From the NCBI GenBank assembly GCA_036381125.1, contig DASVDK010000171.1:1-56686 (forward strand): a stretch of DNA of 56,686 bases, in the 5' to 3' direction. Under the pieces are notes generated by a model. It worked only from the letters and a program-made list of their open reading frames with translations, had not been told where the DNA came from and ran no database searches. The position numbers and the translations under genes were made by a program. Positions 28,561 to 38,424 of the stretch are shown here, one piece after another (the first letter of the stretch is position 1; every line of letters begins with the position of its first letter). Origin of the DNA: Thermodesulfobacteriota bacterium. GTDB taxonomy: Bacteria; DASVDK01.

Positions 28561-28658
28561 AGCGCGCATCACCACGGCCGCCGGCAACCGGGACGAATCC
28601 GGGAGCATGTCGGGAGCTGGGCGGAAGTGCCTGGGAAAGTGCCTGGAAAGACTTGCGG

Positions 28659-28745
28659 TGGTGCCGAAGGCGGGACTCGAACCCGCACGGGGGAACCCCC
28701 ACTACGCCCTGAACGTAGCGTGTCTACCAATTCCACCACTTCGGC
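28659..28745 (-). tRNA. tRNA-Leu (anticodon CAG)
   Basis: GCCGAAG…TGGTAGAC…CTACG-TTCAGGG-CGTAG, long variable arm, GGTTCGAGTCC, encoded CCA. Confidence 0.97.
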
Positions 28746-28755
28746 GCAGACTACA

Positions 28756-28784
28756 AGTATGCGAACTCCCGAGGGTTCTGTCAA
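28756..28784 (-). promoter_or_regulatory. Sigma70 promoter of tRNA-Leu(CAG)
   Basis: TTGACA-N17-CATACT on the minus strand, 10 nt upstream of the tRNA. Confidence 0.75.
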
Positions 28785-28814
28785 GGCTGCCGGCCCGGAT
28801 GGGGCCGTCGCTGG

Positions 28815-29978
28815 CTAGATCCTGCGGCGGAGCGTCATGAGCCGCTCGGCCGCCCGCTCCATCGTCTCGGGCTTCTTCGGGAAGGCGAACCTGAGCTTGG
28901 TCGCGCCGAGCTCGCGCCGCGAGTAGAACGAGGAGCCCGGCACGCCGGCCACCCCTACCTCCTTCGCGAGCCAGAGGGCGAACTCGGTGTCGTCCTTGAA
29001 CCCGAAGTGGCCGATGTCGGTCATGATGTAGTAGGCCCCCTCGGGGTCGTGACACCTGAAGCCGGCCTCGGTGAGGATGCCGAGCATGGCCGCCCGCTTC
29101 TCGTCGTACATCCGCGCGAGGTCCTCGTAATAGGCGTCGGGCAGCCCCATGGCCACGACCCCCGCCTCCTGCAAGGGCGCCGGCGCGCCGACGGTGAGGA
29201 AGTCGTGCACCTTGCGGATGGCGGGCGAGACCGGCTCGGGGCTGATGGCGTACGCGAGCCGCCAGCCGGTGACCGAGTAGGTCTTCGACATGCCGGAGAT
29301 GGTGATGGTGCGCTCGAACATCCCGGGCAGGGTCGCCATCGGGACGTGCCGGAGGCCCCGGTAGACGATGTGCTCGTAGATCTCGTCGGTGACGACGTAG
29401 GCGTCGAACTCGGCGGCCAGATCGGCGATGGCCTGGAGGTCGTCGCGGCGGAAGACGCGACCGACCGGGTTCACCGGCGTGTTGACGATGATCGCCTTGG
29501 TTCTCGGCGAGAAGGCGGCACGCAGCTCCGCGCGGTCGAACGTGTAGTCGGGCTCCCTGAGCGGCACGTACTTCGGCGTGGCGCCGGAGAGGATCGTGTC
29601 GGGGCCGTAGTTCTCGTAGAAGGGCTCGAAGATGATCACCTCGTCGCCCGGCTCGATGAGGGCCATGAGGGTGGCGATCATCGCCTCCGTGGCGCCGCAG
29701 GTGACGGTGACGTGCCGGCCGGTGTCGACCTCGATCCCCCACTGGCGGGAGTACTTGGCGGCGATGGCGCGGCGGAAGGCGGGCGAGCCCCAGGTGACCG
29801 AGTACTGGTTGTAGCCCGCGTCGATGGCCCGCTTGGCCGCCTCGCGCAGGACCTCGGGGGGGTCGAAGTCGGGGAACCCCTGGGCGAGGTTGATCCCGCC
29901 GTGACGATCGCAGACCTGCGTCATCATCCGGATCACCGACTCGGTGAACCGGCCGACCCTGGGAGACAGCGCCTTCAT
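28815..29978 (-). CDS. Class I/II PLP aminotransferase
   Basis: INLAQGFPDF, NTPVNPVG, DEIYEH and SKTYSVTGWRL motifs. Confidence 0.93.
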   Translation of the reverse strand: MKALSPRVGRFTESVIRMMTQVCDRHGGINLAQGFPDFDPPEVLREAAKRAIDAGYNQYSVTWGSPAFRRAIAAKYSRQWGIEVDTGRHVTVTCGATEAMIATLMALIEPGDEVIIFEPFYENYGPDTILSGATPKYVPLREPDYTFDRAELRAAFSPRTKAIIVNTPVNPVGRVFRRDDLQAIADLAAEFDAYVVTDEIYEHIVYRGLRHVPMATLPGMFERTITISGMSKTYSVTGWRLAYAISPEPVSPAIRKVHDFLTVGAPAPLQEAGVVAMGLPDAYYEDLARMYDEKRAAMLGILTEAGFRCHDPEGAYYIMTDIGHFGFKDDTEFALWLAKEVGVAGVPGSSFYSRRELGATKLRFAFPKKPETMERAAERLMTLRRRI

Positions 29979-29985
29979 CGGCCCT

Positions 29986-30588
29986 CTACTCTTCCCTGAG
30001 CTGTGCGTTCCAGTAGGAGATGTCGACCGTGTCGAGGAACGGCGCCCAGGCCTTGTAGCGGGCGCCCTTCGGCGACACGCTCATGTACGGCGTCCAGCGG
30101 GGACGCCGGGGCCTGGAGATGAGCCGCATGCCGGCCTGCTCGGGGGTCCGCCCGCCCTTGATGCGGTTGCAGGCGAGGCAGCAGCAGACGATGTTCTCCC
30201 AGTTGGACGTGCCGCCCTGCGAGCGCGGGATCACGTGGTCGAGGTTGAGCTCGTGTTTGGGGAACACCCGGCCGCAGTACTGGCACGTGTTGCGGTCGCG
30301 CGCGTAGATGTTGAGGCGGCTGAAGCGGACGTGCCGCCTGGGGAGGCGATCGTACGCCTGCAGGACGATCACGCGCGGGATGCGGATGGCGCGGCCGACC
30401 ATGCCGATCGACTCCTCCTGCCCGACCGCCACGGAGAGCGCCGCCCACGAGTCGAAGTCGAAGGTCTTGAACTCCTCGTCGACCGCCTTGGCCAGGCCGA
30501 TGTAGAGCAGCGTGAAGGCGCGCCGGACCGTCGTGACGTGGACCGGGAGGAAGGATCGGTTGAGGACCAGGACCTGCGAATTGAGCAT
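29986..30588 (-). CDS. HNH endonuclease (McrA-like)
   Basis: VLVLNRSF, RDRNTCQYCG, LDHVIPRSQGG and CN..KG.RTP motifs. Confidence 0.92.
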   Translation of the reverse strand: MLNSQVLVLNRSFLPVHVTTVRRAFTLLYIGLAKAVDEEFKTFDFDSWAALSVAVGQEESIGMVGRAIRIPRVIVLQAYDRLPRRHVRFSRLNIYARDRNTCQYCGRVFPKHELNLDHVIPRSQGGTSNWENIVCCCLACNRIKGGRTPEQAGMRLISRPRRPRWTPYMSVSPKGARYKAWAPFLDTVDISYWNAQLREE

Positions 30589-30692
30589 GCGCCCGCCGTC
30601 CGGGACCCCCTCGGGTCCCGTAACCATGGTAGGGAGAATAGCGGACAAGGCACGCCTGTGCAACTGTCCGGCCGCTCTGTTACAGTCCTCGC

Positions 30693-31418
30693 ATGGTCAC
30701 CGACTGGCTCGGCCAGCCGCTCGAGGCGTTGCGCCACGCCGTAGTCGAAGGTCTGGCCCGAACTCGCATCCGGCCGAACGTCCTCACGCTCTGCGGCCTC
30801 GCCACCTCGCTCGTCGCCGCCCTCTTCGCCTCGGCCGGGGCGTTCGTCTCGGCGGGGCTCCTCCTCCTGGGCGCGGGGGTCTTCGACGCGCTCGACGGCG
30901 CCATCGCCCGCCGCACGAACCAGTCGAGCCCTTTCGGGGCCTTCCTCGACTCGGTCATGGACCGGTACGCCGACCTGACGGTCCTCCTCGGGCTCATGCT
31001 GCACTTCGCCGCCGCCTGGGGCGAGCGCAGCGCCGGCGGGTTCCCCGGCATCCCCTGGGGGAACCCGGCCCTGGTCTTCGCGGCCGGCGCGGTGCTCGGC
31101 TCGGCGCTCACGCCCTACGCGCGCGCCCGCGCCGAGTCGCTGGTGGCCGAGTGCAAGGTGGGGATCGCCGAACGGCCGGAGCGCCTCGTGATCCTCGTGA
31201 TCGGCCTGCTGTCGGGCAGGGTCGTCCCGGCCCTCGCCGTCCTCGCCGTGCTCGCCAACGTCACGGTGCTCCAGCGCCTCTTCTACGTGCGGCGGACCCT
31301 GGCCGGCGGCGGCCCGCTCGGGCCGAGGGAGCATCTCCTCTACTGGACCTACCCGCGCGCGTCGGTCCCCTTCGACCTCCTCTGCCTCCTGGTGCTCGTC
31401 GTCATCCTGGCGTTCTGA
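30693..31418 (+). CDS. CDP-alcohol phosphatidyltransferase
   Basis: PNVLT and DALDGAIAR…GAFLDSVMDRYAD signature, ERPER. Confidence 0.92.
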   Translation: MVTDWLGQPLEALRHAVVEGLARTRIRPNVLTLCGLATSLVAALFASAGAFVSAGLLLLGAGVFDALDGAIARRTNQSSPFGAFLDSVMDRYADLTVLLGLMLHFAAAWGERSAGGFPGIPWGNPALVFAAGAVLGSALTPYARARAESLVAECKVGIAERPERLVILVIGLLSGRVVPALAVLAVLANVTVLQRLFYVRRTLAGGGPLGPREHLLYWTYPRASVPFDLLCLLVLVVILAF

Positions 31419-31436
31419 AGCCGCTCGGCCTCGGCC

Positions 31437-31660
31437 TCACGGGGCGCCGGGCCGCTCGGCGCAGTGCCGGAGCGCCCGCATGACGTACGCCGACACCATG
31501 CCGGGGGCACCTCCAGGCGCCGGGCCACCTCCGCGTGGCTCAGCCCGTCGAGCCGACAGAGGAGCACCGCCGCGCAGAGGCCCGCGCACTGCTCGCGCCG
31601 CTCGAGTCCCTCTTGTCGCCGGCCCGGTGGCCGCTGCCACGCGCTCCACCATGAACGCCT
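31437..31660 (-). pseudogene. ECF (FecI-like) sigma factor region 4 remnant
   Basis: VLLCRLDGLSHAEVARRLEV, then a frameshift into MVSAYVMRALRHC; upstream part unrecognisable. Confidence 0.6.
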
Positions 31661-31890
31661 GCTCGGCCGTGTAGCTGCCCGAGGCCCCGAACGAGAGGGT
31701 GTCGACGAGCGTCTCGTCCGGCGCGATGCCCCCTGCCCCTTCGACGCCGGCGCGCCGTCTCGTCTCAGCTGGACCTTCTTCGCGATCTCCCTCCCCTTCG
31801 CCATCTCCCTCTCCGACGAGGCGTTCTGCCCCTCACCGGGAGAACACGACGCAGCCCTCGCGGACGACACCGCGCGTGCGAGACGACCGG

Positions 31891-31919
31891 TTGACGCTCA
31901 CCGGACGGCCCGCTACAGT
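31891..31919 (+). promoter_or_regulatory. Sigma70 promoter of the gap operon
   Basis: TTGACG-N17-TACAGT upstream of the AGGAGG RBS. Confidence 0.75.
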
Positions 31920-31957
31920 GTCGTCGTTTGCCTTTCTTTTCAGGAGGTTACCGTTCC

Positions 31958-32971
31958 ATGGCGATCCGCGTCGGCATCAACGGGTTCGGTCGAATCGGCC
32001 GCAACATCCTCCGGGCGTCGCTCGACCGGAAGGAGCTCGAGTTCGTCGCCGTGAACGACCTCACCGACGCGAAGACCCTGGCCCACCTCCTCAACTACGA
32101 CTCCGTGCACGGTCCGCTGCCGGAAAAGGCGGTCGTCGAGGGCGACGGCTTCCGCCTGAGGGATCGGCACGTCAAGGTGCTGGCGCAGAAGAACCCGGCC
32201 GAGCTGCCCTGGAAGAGCCTCGGCGTCAACATCGTCCTCGAGAGCACCGGCATCTTCACCGACCGCGAGAAGGCCGCGCAGCACCTCGCGGCCGGCGCGC
32301 GCCTGGTCATCGTCTCGGCCCCGACCAAGAACGCCGACCTCACGGTCTGCATCGGGGTCAACGAGGGGCAGTTCGATCCGGCGAAGCACCAGGTCGTCTC
32401 GAACGCCTCCTGCACGACCAACTGCCTCGCGCCGGTGGCCAAGGTGCTCCACGAGCGGTTCGGCATCGTGCACGGGCTCATGACCACGGTGCACTCCTAC
32501 ACCAACGACCAGCAGATCCTCGACCTGCCGCACAAGGACCTGCGCCGTGCGCGGGCGGCGGCCATGTCGATGATCCCGACCACGACCGGCGCCGCCAGGT
32601 CGGTCGGCCTCGTCCTGCCCGAGCTGAAGGGCAAGCTCGACGGCATCTCCATCCGCGTGCCGACGCCGAACGTCTCCATCATCGACCTGAACGCCGTCGT
32701 GAAGACCCCGACCAGCGCCGACGCCGTGAACCAGGCCTTCCGCGAGGCCGCCGCCGGGCCGCTCAAGGGCATCCTCGCCGTCTCGGACGAGCCGCTCGTC
32801 TCGCGGGACTACAACGGCGACCCGCACTCGTCGGTCGTCGACGCGCTGTCCACGAACGTCATCGAGGGGACGTTCGTCAAGGTCATGTCCTGGTACGACA
32901 ACGAGTGGGGCTTCTCCTGCCGCATGCGCGACCTCACGCTCTTCGTCGCGTCGCGCCTCGGCCTGCGCTAG
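31958..32971 (+). CDS. gap: Type I glyceraldehyde-3-phosphate dehydrogenase
   Basis: [18 protein letters not shown] and WYDNEWG motifs. Confidence 0.98.
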   Translation: MAIRVGINGFGRIGRNILRASLDRKELEFVAVNDLTDAKTLAHLLNYDSVHGPLPEKAVVEGDGFRLRDRHVKVLAQKNPAELPWKSLGVNIVLESTGIFTDREKAAQHLAAGARLVIVSAPTKNADLTVCIGVNEGQFDPAKHQVVSNASCTTNCLAPVAKVLHERFGIVHGLMTTVHSYTNDQQILDLPHKDLRRARAAAMSMIPTTTGAARSVGLVLPELKGKLDGISIRVPTPNVSIIDLNAVVKTPTSADAVNQAFREAAAGPLKGILAVSDEPLVSRDYNGDPHSSVVDALSTNVIEGTFVKVMSWYDNEWGFSCRMRDLTLFVASRLGLR

Positions 32972-32979
32972 GCCCGCCG

Positions 32980-34179
32980 TTGAAGACGGTCGATCAGCTC
33001 GACCTGCACGGCAAGCGCGTCTTCGTGCGGGTCGACTTCAACACGCCGCTCGCCGAGGGCCCCGACGGCACGCTCGTGGTTGCCGACGACACCCGGGTGC
33101 GCGAGGCACTCCCCACGCTCCGCCACGTCGTGGAGCACGGCGGCCGGCTCGTCGTCGCGAGCCACCTCGGGCGGCCGAAGGGCAAGCGAGACCCGAAGCT
33201 GAGCGTGGCGCCGCCGGTCAGGCGGCTCGCCGAGCTGCTCGGCCAGCCGGTGCCGCTCCTCGACGGCATCACCGGCGCCGAGGTCGAGGCACGCGTGAAC
33301 GCGCTGAAGCCGGGCGAGGCGCTCGCGCTCGAGAACGTCCGCTTCGACCCGGGCGAAGAGAAGAACGACCCGGCCTTCGCCTCCGCGCTCGCCCGCCTCG
33401 CCGACGTCTACGTCAACGACGCGTTCGGCGCGGCCCACCGGGCCCACGCCTCGACGGCGGGCATGGTCCCGCTCGTCGCGGAGCGGGCCGCCGGCTTCCT
33501 CATGAAGAAGGAGCTCGACTACCTCGGCCGGGTCCTCGCCGAGCCGCGGCGCCCCTTCGTGGCGGTCCTCGGCGGCGCCAAGGTCTCGGACAAGATCGGC
33601 GTCCTCGAGCGCCTCGTCCAGATCGTCGACGCCCTGATCGTCGGGGGCGCCATGGCCTACACGTTCCTCAAGGCGCAGGGCGTGCGCGTCGGCGCGTCGC
33701 TCGTCGAGGACGGCCACCTCGACCAGGCGCGCCGGTTCCTCGACACCGCCCGGCAGCGGGGTATCGTGTTCCTCGTGCCCGAGGACCACGTCATCGTCCA
33801 GGCGATCGACCAGCCGGCCGGCGCGCGGACGACCGAGGGGGCCGAGATCCCCGACGGCTGGATCGGCGTCGACGTCGGCCCGAAGACCCGCGAGCGGTTC
33901 GCCCGCGAGATCCGGCGCGGCAAGACCGTCATGTGGAACGGCCCCATGGGCATCTTCGAGACGGACGCCTACGCCAGGGGGACGCAGGCCGTCGCCGACG
34001 CGGTGGCCGAAGCGACCAAGTCGGGCGGCACCACGATCGTGGGCGGCGGCGACTCGGTCGCCGCGGCCCGCAAGGCGGGCGTGATCCCCCACATCACCCA
34101 CGTCTCCACCGGCGGCGGCGCCTCCCTCGAGTACCTCGAAGGGAAGGCGCTGCCGGGCGTGGCCGCCCTCGAGGGCTAG
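32980..34179 (+). CDS. pgk: Phosphoglycerate kinase
   Basis: [24 protein letters not shown] and STGGGASLE motifs; TTG start inferred. Confidence 0.97.
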   Translation: MKTVDQLDLHGKRVFVRVDFNTPLAEGPDGTLVVADDTRVREALPTLRHVVEHGGRLVVASHLGRPKGKRDPKLSVAPPVRRLAELLGQPVPLLDGITGAEVEARVNALKPGEALALENVRFDPGEEKNDPAFASALARLADVYVNDAFGAAHRAHASTAGMVPLVAERAAGFLMKKELDYLGRVLAEPRRPFVAVLGGAKVSDKIGVLERLVQIVDALIVGGAMAYTFLKAQGVRVGASLVEDGHLDQARRFLDTARQRGIVFLVPEDHVIVQAIDQPAGARTTEGAEIPDGWIGVDVGPKTRERFAREIRRGKTVMWNGPMGIFETDAYARGTQAVADAVAEATKSGGTTIVGGGDSVAAARKAGVIPHITHVSTGGGASLEYLEGKALPGVAALEG

Positions 34180-34184
34180 GCGTC

Positions 34185-34967
34185 GTGGGCGCCCCGGGGC
34201 GGCGGCCCCTCATCGCCGGCAACTGGAAGCTCAACTGCTGCCTCGCCGAGGCGGCCGCGCTCGCCGGCGCCGTGCGCGACGCCGTGGCCGGCATGGACGG
34301 CCGCGACGTGGTACTCTGCCCACCCTTCACGGCGGTGGCCGAGGTCGCCCGGGTCCTCGCCGGCTCGACCATCGCAGTGGGCGGGCAGGACTGCTTCTGG
34401 GAGCCCAGGGGGGCCTTCACCGGCGAGGTGTCGGCCGAGATGCTCAAGGACGCCGGCGCGTCCTTCGTGATCGTCGGCCACTCGGAACGGCGGCAGTACT
34501 TCTGCGAGAGCGACGAGACCGTCGCCCGGAAGGTCGCGGCCGCGCACCGGGCGGGGCTCGTCCCCATCATGTGCGTGGGCGAGCGGCTCGAGGAACGCGA
34601 GGCCGGCCGGACGCTCGAGGTGGTGAGTCGCCAGGTGGCCGGAGGGCTTGCCGGCGTCTCGCGGGCCGACGCCGAGGCGGGCCGCCTGGTCGTCGCCTAC
34701 GAGCCGGTCTGGGCGATCGGGACCGGCCGCACCGCCACGCCGGCACAGGCCCAGGAGGTTCATGCGGCCATCCGGCGGCTCCTCGCAGAGCAACTCGGCG
34801 CCGCCGCGGCGTCTGCCGTGCGCATTCAGTACGGCGGCAGCGTGAAGGCCGACAACATCGACGCGCTCATGGCCGAGCCGGACATCGACGGCGCCCTCGT
34901 GGGCGGGGCCTGCCTCGACGCCGCCGGCTTTGCCCGGATCGTTGGTTTCAAGGAGAGTCTCCCGTGA
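34185..34967 (+). CDS. tpiA: Triosephosphate isomerase
   Basis: AGNWK, GHSERR, AYEPVWAIGTG and YGGSV motifs. Confidence 0.98.
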   Translation: MGAPGRRPLIAGNWKLNCCLAEAAALAGAVRDAVAGMDGRDVVLCPPFTAVAEVARVLAGSTIAVGGQDCFWEPRGAFTGEVSAEMLKDAGASFVIVGHSERRQYFCESDETVARKVAAAHRAGLVPIMCVGERLEEREAGRTLEVVSRQVAGGLAGVSRADAEAGRLVVAYEPVWAIGTGRTATPAQAQEVHAAIRRLLAEQLGAAAASAVRIQYGGSVKADNIDALMAEPDIDGALVGGACLDAAGFARIVGFKESLP

Positions 34968-35308
34968 TCGTCGCACTCGTCACCGTGCTGCACGTCCTCG
35001 TCGGCGTGCTCCTCATCATCGTCGTGCTCCTGCAGGCGGGCAAGGGCGCCGACATCGGCGCGGCCTTCGGCGGGGCCAGCCAGACCTTCTTCGGTGGACG
35101 GGGCGCGGCGACGTTCCTCGCCAAGGCCACGGCCGGCGCGGCGGCCGTCTTCATGATCACGTCGCTCTACCTGGCGCACGTCTCGGGCCGGCCGTCGACC
35201 AACTCGCTGCTCGACAGCATGCCGCCCACGCCGGCCGCCTCCCCGGCTGCGCCCGCGGCGTCGCCTGCCGAGCCGGCTCCGGCCGCCCCGGCCCAACCCG
35301 GCAACTAG
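34964..35308 (+). CDS. secG: Preprotein translocase subunit SecG
   Basis: VLLQAGKGADIGAAFGG motif, two TM helices, position after tpiA. Confidence 0.95.
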   Translation: MIVALVTVLHVLVGVLLIIVVLLQAGKGADIGAAFGGASQTFFGGRGAATFLAKATAGAAAVFMITSLYLAHVSGRPSTNSLLDSMPPTPAASPAAPAASPAEPAPAAPAQPGN

Positions 35309-35420
35309 AGCACATCGCGCTGCCGAGACGTGCGGCGGCGCCTCTCGGCGCAGCAGGAGCCTGGCCCTCGCTTCCCGTGACGGCCACGACGGCGGACCGG
35401 CCGCCTCCGCGGGCTACGGA

Positions 35421-35560
35421 GGGGCGTGGAAAATGGAAAGACCTGACCCCATGGAAAACAGGTGGGGTCAGACCCCGACATTTTCCAGGCCGAGGTTCAC
35501 GGAGGGGCCGGCGGCAGGGGCCGGGCCGGGGGGCGTGGAAAATGGAAAGACCTGACCCCA
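35421..35560. repeat. REP-like cluster: two 31-bp direct copies plus one inverted variant
   Basis: GGGGCGTGGAAAATGGAAAGACCTGACCCCA at 35421-35451 and 35530-35560; inverted variant TGGGGTCAG…CATTTTCCA at 35463-35487. Confidence 0.85.
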
Positions 35561-35612
35561 ATGGCACGGGCGTCCGCCCACGAGGGGGACGCCCGTCGTT
35601 CCCGGCTCGCGC

Positions 35613-36953
35613 CTAGGCGAAGAGGAGGTTGGTGTTCTCCAGCTCGTCGAGCCGGAGCGCGATCTGGAGGTAGCGCTCCGCCTTGGCCGGCTGAAGGTGG
35701 CGGCGCGTCAGGTCGCGGAACTTGCTCGCGATGTCCTCCCGCGACATGGGGTTCTCCGGGTCGCCCTTCGGCGTGTTCACCCGGACCTCCTCGCGGCGGC
35801 CGTCGCGCGTGACGATCTCCACGATGGCGGGCCACTTCGCCGGGTACATCTCGTCGAGGTCCTCGTCCCGCTTGAGCACCACGCGCCGCGTCAGCTCCTT
35901 GATGTCGCGCTCCTCGAGCCGCTCCTCCGTGAACGCTTCCGGGCCGACCTTGCCGTAGCGGACCGCGGTGGCCACCACGAACGGGATGTTGAACTTGGCC
36001 GCGTACGGCGACGTCGCCTCGACCCGCTCGCAGAGGTCGAGCGCGGCGCCGTAGAGGCGCACGGTCAGCCGCTCCACCTCGCGCGGCGGAAGCTGCCGCC
36101 CCCGGAGCGCCTGGAGCGTCGCGTCGATGGCCGAGTGGAGGTGCCGGCAGGCGGCGTACGGCTTGAACGAGGTGCCGAGCATCTCCCATCGGTCGCCGAG
36201 CGCGTCGGTGAGCTTCTCGAGGCGGACGTCGCGCGAGGTCGCCTTGAGGAAGCCCTTCTCGCCGTCGAAGATCCGCTCGGCCGCCGAGAAGCCGCGCTGG
36301 GCGAGGAGCGCCGCGAGGGCGCCGTTCATGGCCGCCTTGCCCGCGTGGAGCTGCTTGCTCATGGCGCCGTCGACGAGGAACTCCCAGACGCCGGAGGCCT
36401 GGGTGCCGGCGCTCCCCAGGGCCCAGACGAGCTGCTCGGCGTCGAGGGCGAGCAGCTTGCCCGCCGCCGCGGCCGCCCCGAAGGTGCCGGCCGTGCCGGT
36501 GGTGTGCCACTTCTCGTAGTGGGTCGGGCCGAGCGCCTGCCCCACCCGGATGGCCAGCTCGTAGCCGACCGCGATGGCGGTGAGCAGGTCGCGCCCGCTC
36601 GACCCCTCGCGCTCCGCCATGGCGAGCGCGGCCGGGATCACCGCCACGCCGGGGTGCAGGAGCCCGGTGCGGTGGACGTCGTCGGTCTCGACCACGTGCG
36701 AGGCGGCGCCGTTCACGAACGCCGCCCAGACCGAGGCGGTGCGGGCGCCGGTCGGCACGAGCGTCGCCTCCTCGTTGCCCCCAAGCTCGCTCACGAGGTC
36801 CACGACGATGTCGGTCGGCAGCGCGCCGGTCCCCGCGACGGCCGCCCCGAGCCAGTCGAGGAAGCAGAGCTTGGCCATCTCGTGGACGTCCGGCGGGAGG
36901 CTGTCGTACGACGCTTTGCCGACGAAGTCGGCGAGTCGTTGCGATATCGTCAT
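35613..36953 (-). CDS. MmgE/PrpD family protein (copy 4, canonical motifs)
   Basis: NGAASHVVETDDVH…HPG, WHTTGTAG, FKPYAACRHLH and PKGDPENP motifs. Confidence 0.93.
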   Translation of the reverse strand: MTISQRLADFVGKASYDSLPPDVHEMAKLCFLDWLGAAVAGTGALPTDIVVDLVSELGGNEEATLVPTGARTASVWAAFVNGAASHVVETDDVHRTGLLHPGVAVIPAALAMAEREGSSGRDLLTAIAVGYELAIRVGQALGPTHYEKWHTTGTAGTFGAAAAAGKLLALDAEQLVWALGSAGTQASGVWEFLVDGAMSKQLHAGKAAMNGALAALLAQRGFSAAERIFDGEKGFLKATSRDVRLEKLTDALGDRWEMLGTSFKPYAACRHLHSAIDATLQALRGRQLPPREVERLTVRLYGAALDLCERVEATSPYAAKFNIPFVVATAVRYGKVGPEAFTEERLEERDIKELTRRVVLKRDEDLDEMYPAKWPAIVEIVTRDGRREEVRVNTPKGDPENPMSREDIASKFRDLTRRHLQPAKAERYLQIALRLDELENTNLLFA

Positions 36954-37317
36954 CTCAATCCCTCAGCATTCGCGCGGGCGTGTCCCCTCCGGGTGCCCGT
37001 GCCCAGCGGGCCCATCGACCCGCGTCCCTCGTCGACCGCGACCGCCCTGGCCTCCGTCCGCTCGAACGCCCCGGGCCCGCTCGGCCTCACGCCGTCGGGT
37101 TCCTGGCGAGGCTTGGCGCTCCGGAGCGCGGGAGTTACCCCCTGGCGAGGGGCAAGGCGGGCGACGTCGGCGTTCCCGCCCCACAAGATTCCACCTCGGG
37201 CCGGTGCACGCAAGCGCAATTTTTCTTTTTGTTTTCGAGCGTTGGAAAGGCCGGGCGGCAGGGTTGACAAGGCGTGTGCAAGGTGCAACATATTGTGGCT
37301 CACCTTCGATCCCACGT

Positions 37318-37402
37318 GCGGAAGTGGTGGAACTGGTAGACACGCCGTCTTGAGGGGGCGGTGGCTCACGCCGTGGGGGTTCAAATCCCCCCTTCCGCAC
37401 CA
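37318..37402 (+). tRNA. tRNA-Leu (anticodon GAG)
   Basis: GCGGAAG…TGGTAGAC…CCGTC-TTGAGGG-GGCGG, variable arm, GGTTCAAATCC, CCA; TTGACA upstream at 37264. Confidence 0.97.
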
Positions 37403-37469
37403 ATCTCATCGATCGTTCCGACTTCTCCTGAGATCGCGCGCAGACGGCGGCGCCCCGCTCGGGGCCCCC

Positions 37470-37800
37470 GGAGGCGATCGTCCGCTCCGTCCGCATCGGG
37501 CAAGCGGCCGCCAGGGCGTTCGACGCGAACGCGCGCGTTCCTCGGCGTCGGGTGCCAGATCCGATCGCGCACGTGGTTCAGGTCGCGCGTCCCGCTCCAG
37601 CGGCAGGGTCTCCAGGCCGAGCTCGAGACGCCCGGCCGCCTGCTGCTTCACCTGGCGGTCGAGCGCCGCGGGGACCGGCGGCAGGCAGTCCACTTCCCGG
37701 AGACTGGTCTTCGTCTTCGGCGCCCCGTCGAGCCCCAGGCTTCGCGTCGCCCGGATCCGGAACCGCCCGGAGGCCCTGGCTCGGCGGGGCCGGCCATCGC
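37470..37800 (-). pseudogene. Degenerate tyrosine integrase fragment pointing at tRNA-Leu(GAG)
   Basis: Across frames: GRFRIRATR…GAPKTKTSLREVDCLPPV.AAL / LNHVRDRIWHPT / AFASNALAA. This is integrase-like catalytic-domain sequence (PKT lysine loop, box II start) with deletions. Confidence 0.65.
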
Positions 37801-38424
37801 TTCCCGGGCCTGTTCGGCAGGGGCCCGGTTGGCGCTCGTAACGGCGCAGTAACCCTCTGTCCCGCAGCACCGCCCGGAGCCATTCAGGTGGGCGCTCGTC
37901 CTCGAGCCCGAGAAACCCGGAATCGTCACCGAACTCGCGACTCCCGGGTGTCGATGCCGGCGAGGGCGTGGGGGTGACCACCGCGCCGGCGTCCTCGTCG
38001 GGGGCGAGGCCGACGAGGTCGATCGGTCGCGGGTGCTGCGCCGCGGCCGAACCGAACGCGTTCCGGATGGGCTCGAGGGGGTTGGCTGTGCGGAGGCCGG
38101 CCCGACGCGGTGGCGCCCGAGAGCCGCGAGGTCGGGGGTGACGGGCCGGTCGCCGGGGTCCGGCAGGGGCGCCGCAGGCGGATCCGGCACGGCGGCAAGG
38201 CCTGCGCCGCGAGGTAGCCGCCGAGGATCTTCCAGGCAATCAGAGTGGGCCGGTAGGCGGAGCGCCCCCTGTATCGCCGCACCAGGCGCCGTCTTCCTGT
38301 CCGCGGAGATGGGTCGCGCCCGAGGGCCGGGCGGGGCCGCGGGCGATCGGCCGGGCCGCGGCAGCGCGACGATGCGGAGCCGGTGCCGCGGCCCGTGGCG
38401 TGGACTGGAGCGAGCGGCCTCCGC

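Noticed and set aside
29986-30588. HNH nuclease as a defence system or mobile homing element
   Set aside because: Standalone gene in an operon with an aminotransferase, with no methylase, repeats or intron context.
35421-35560. 31-bp direct repeat as a CRISPR array
   Set aside because: Only two copies, separated by 78 nt that contain an inverted variant of the repeat; no cas genes in the window.
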